The notes beneath the pieces were generated by a model. The model had not been told where the DNA came from. It worked only from the letters and a program-made list of their open reading frames with translations, and searched no databases. From Coralloluteibacterium stylophorae (GTDB lineage: Bacteria > Pseudomonadota > Gammaproteobacteria > Xanthomonadales > Xanthomonadaceae): a DNA stretch of 32,000 nt. A program made the translations under genes and the position numbers. Location: positions 66,376 through 98,375 of the forward strand of contig NZ_JAGQFT020000013.1 in NCBI RefSeq assembly GCF_018122625.2, written 5' to 3'. Below, piece after piece: positions 31,917-32,000 of the stretch (position 1 is its first letter; each line of letters starts with the position of its first letter).

Positions 31917-32000
31917 TCAGTCGTCCGCGTTCGCCGGACAGGCGCGTCCCTCGAGCGCCGCGTCCATGGCGTCGGCCAGCATCCGGCATTCGGCCGCGGC
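31917..32000 (-). CDS. Possible 3' end of an unidentified minus-strand CDS (continues beyond the window)
   Basis: The frame is open to the window edge and ends ...AAAECRMLADAMDAALEGRACPANADD* (TGA 31919-31917). About 24 of 27 third positions are G/C, which fits coding sequence. It is too short to identify. Confidence 0.3.
   Translation of the reverse strand, partial: AAAECRMLADAMDAALEGRACPANADD

Overview
This is a very GC-rich chromosomal segment (about 70 % by eye, not computed). Its gene content and gene order match a gammaproteobacterial core genome. A Xanthomonadales/Lysobacteraceae origin fits best; that is inferred from gene order, a gumN-like gene and extreme GC3 codon bias. I resolve 31 protein-coding genes and one tRNA-Glu(CUC). 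The first gene is cut by the window edge, and a possible 28-codon 3' fragment sits at the far end. Coding density is very high: the largest non-coding gap is about 200 bp.

Gene blocks:
- 2-2096 (+): NAD-isocitrate dehydrogenase and an SDR oxidoreductase.
- 2178-7136 (-): YccA/BI-1, thiD, DUF1275, PIN-PhoH2, bcp, gcvR.
- 7334-8760 (+): dapA and a BamC-like lipoprotein.
- 8839-9383 (-): fdxA and tRNA-Glu.
- 9520-15236 (+): pcnB-folK-panB-panC-panD-pgi.
- 15247-16920 (-): ligB.
- 17058-24400 (+): nnr-tsaE-amiB-mutL, then a DUF1684 lipoprotein and a GumN/TraB-like protein.
- 24403-31827 (-): DegV-like, TLC-like MFS transporter, Tat-signal aldo/keto reductase, soluble RnfB-like Fe-S protein, APA-family permease, metG.

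I see no transposase, integrase, phage, CRISPR, restriction-modification or recognisable defence genes, and no compositional island. The many 60-760 aa ORFs in the track on opposite strands or other frames are Arg/Pro/Ala/Gly-rich shadow ORFs, as expected in high-GC DNA.

I do not find convincing evidence for a novel multi-gene system here; this looks like an ordinary housekeeping region. The leads most worth a second look are all modest:
- a Tat-exported aldo/keto reductase next to a TLC-like transporter;
- a tightly coupled DUF1684 lipoprotein and GumN/Tiki-like pair after mutL;
- a PIN-PhoH2 / DUF1275 / thiD string with an ATGA overlap;
- an orphan soluble RnfB-like protein behind an APA antiporter;
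- a few inverted repeats in promoter regions.
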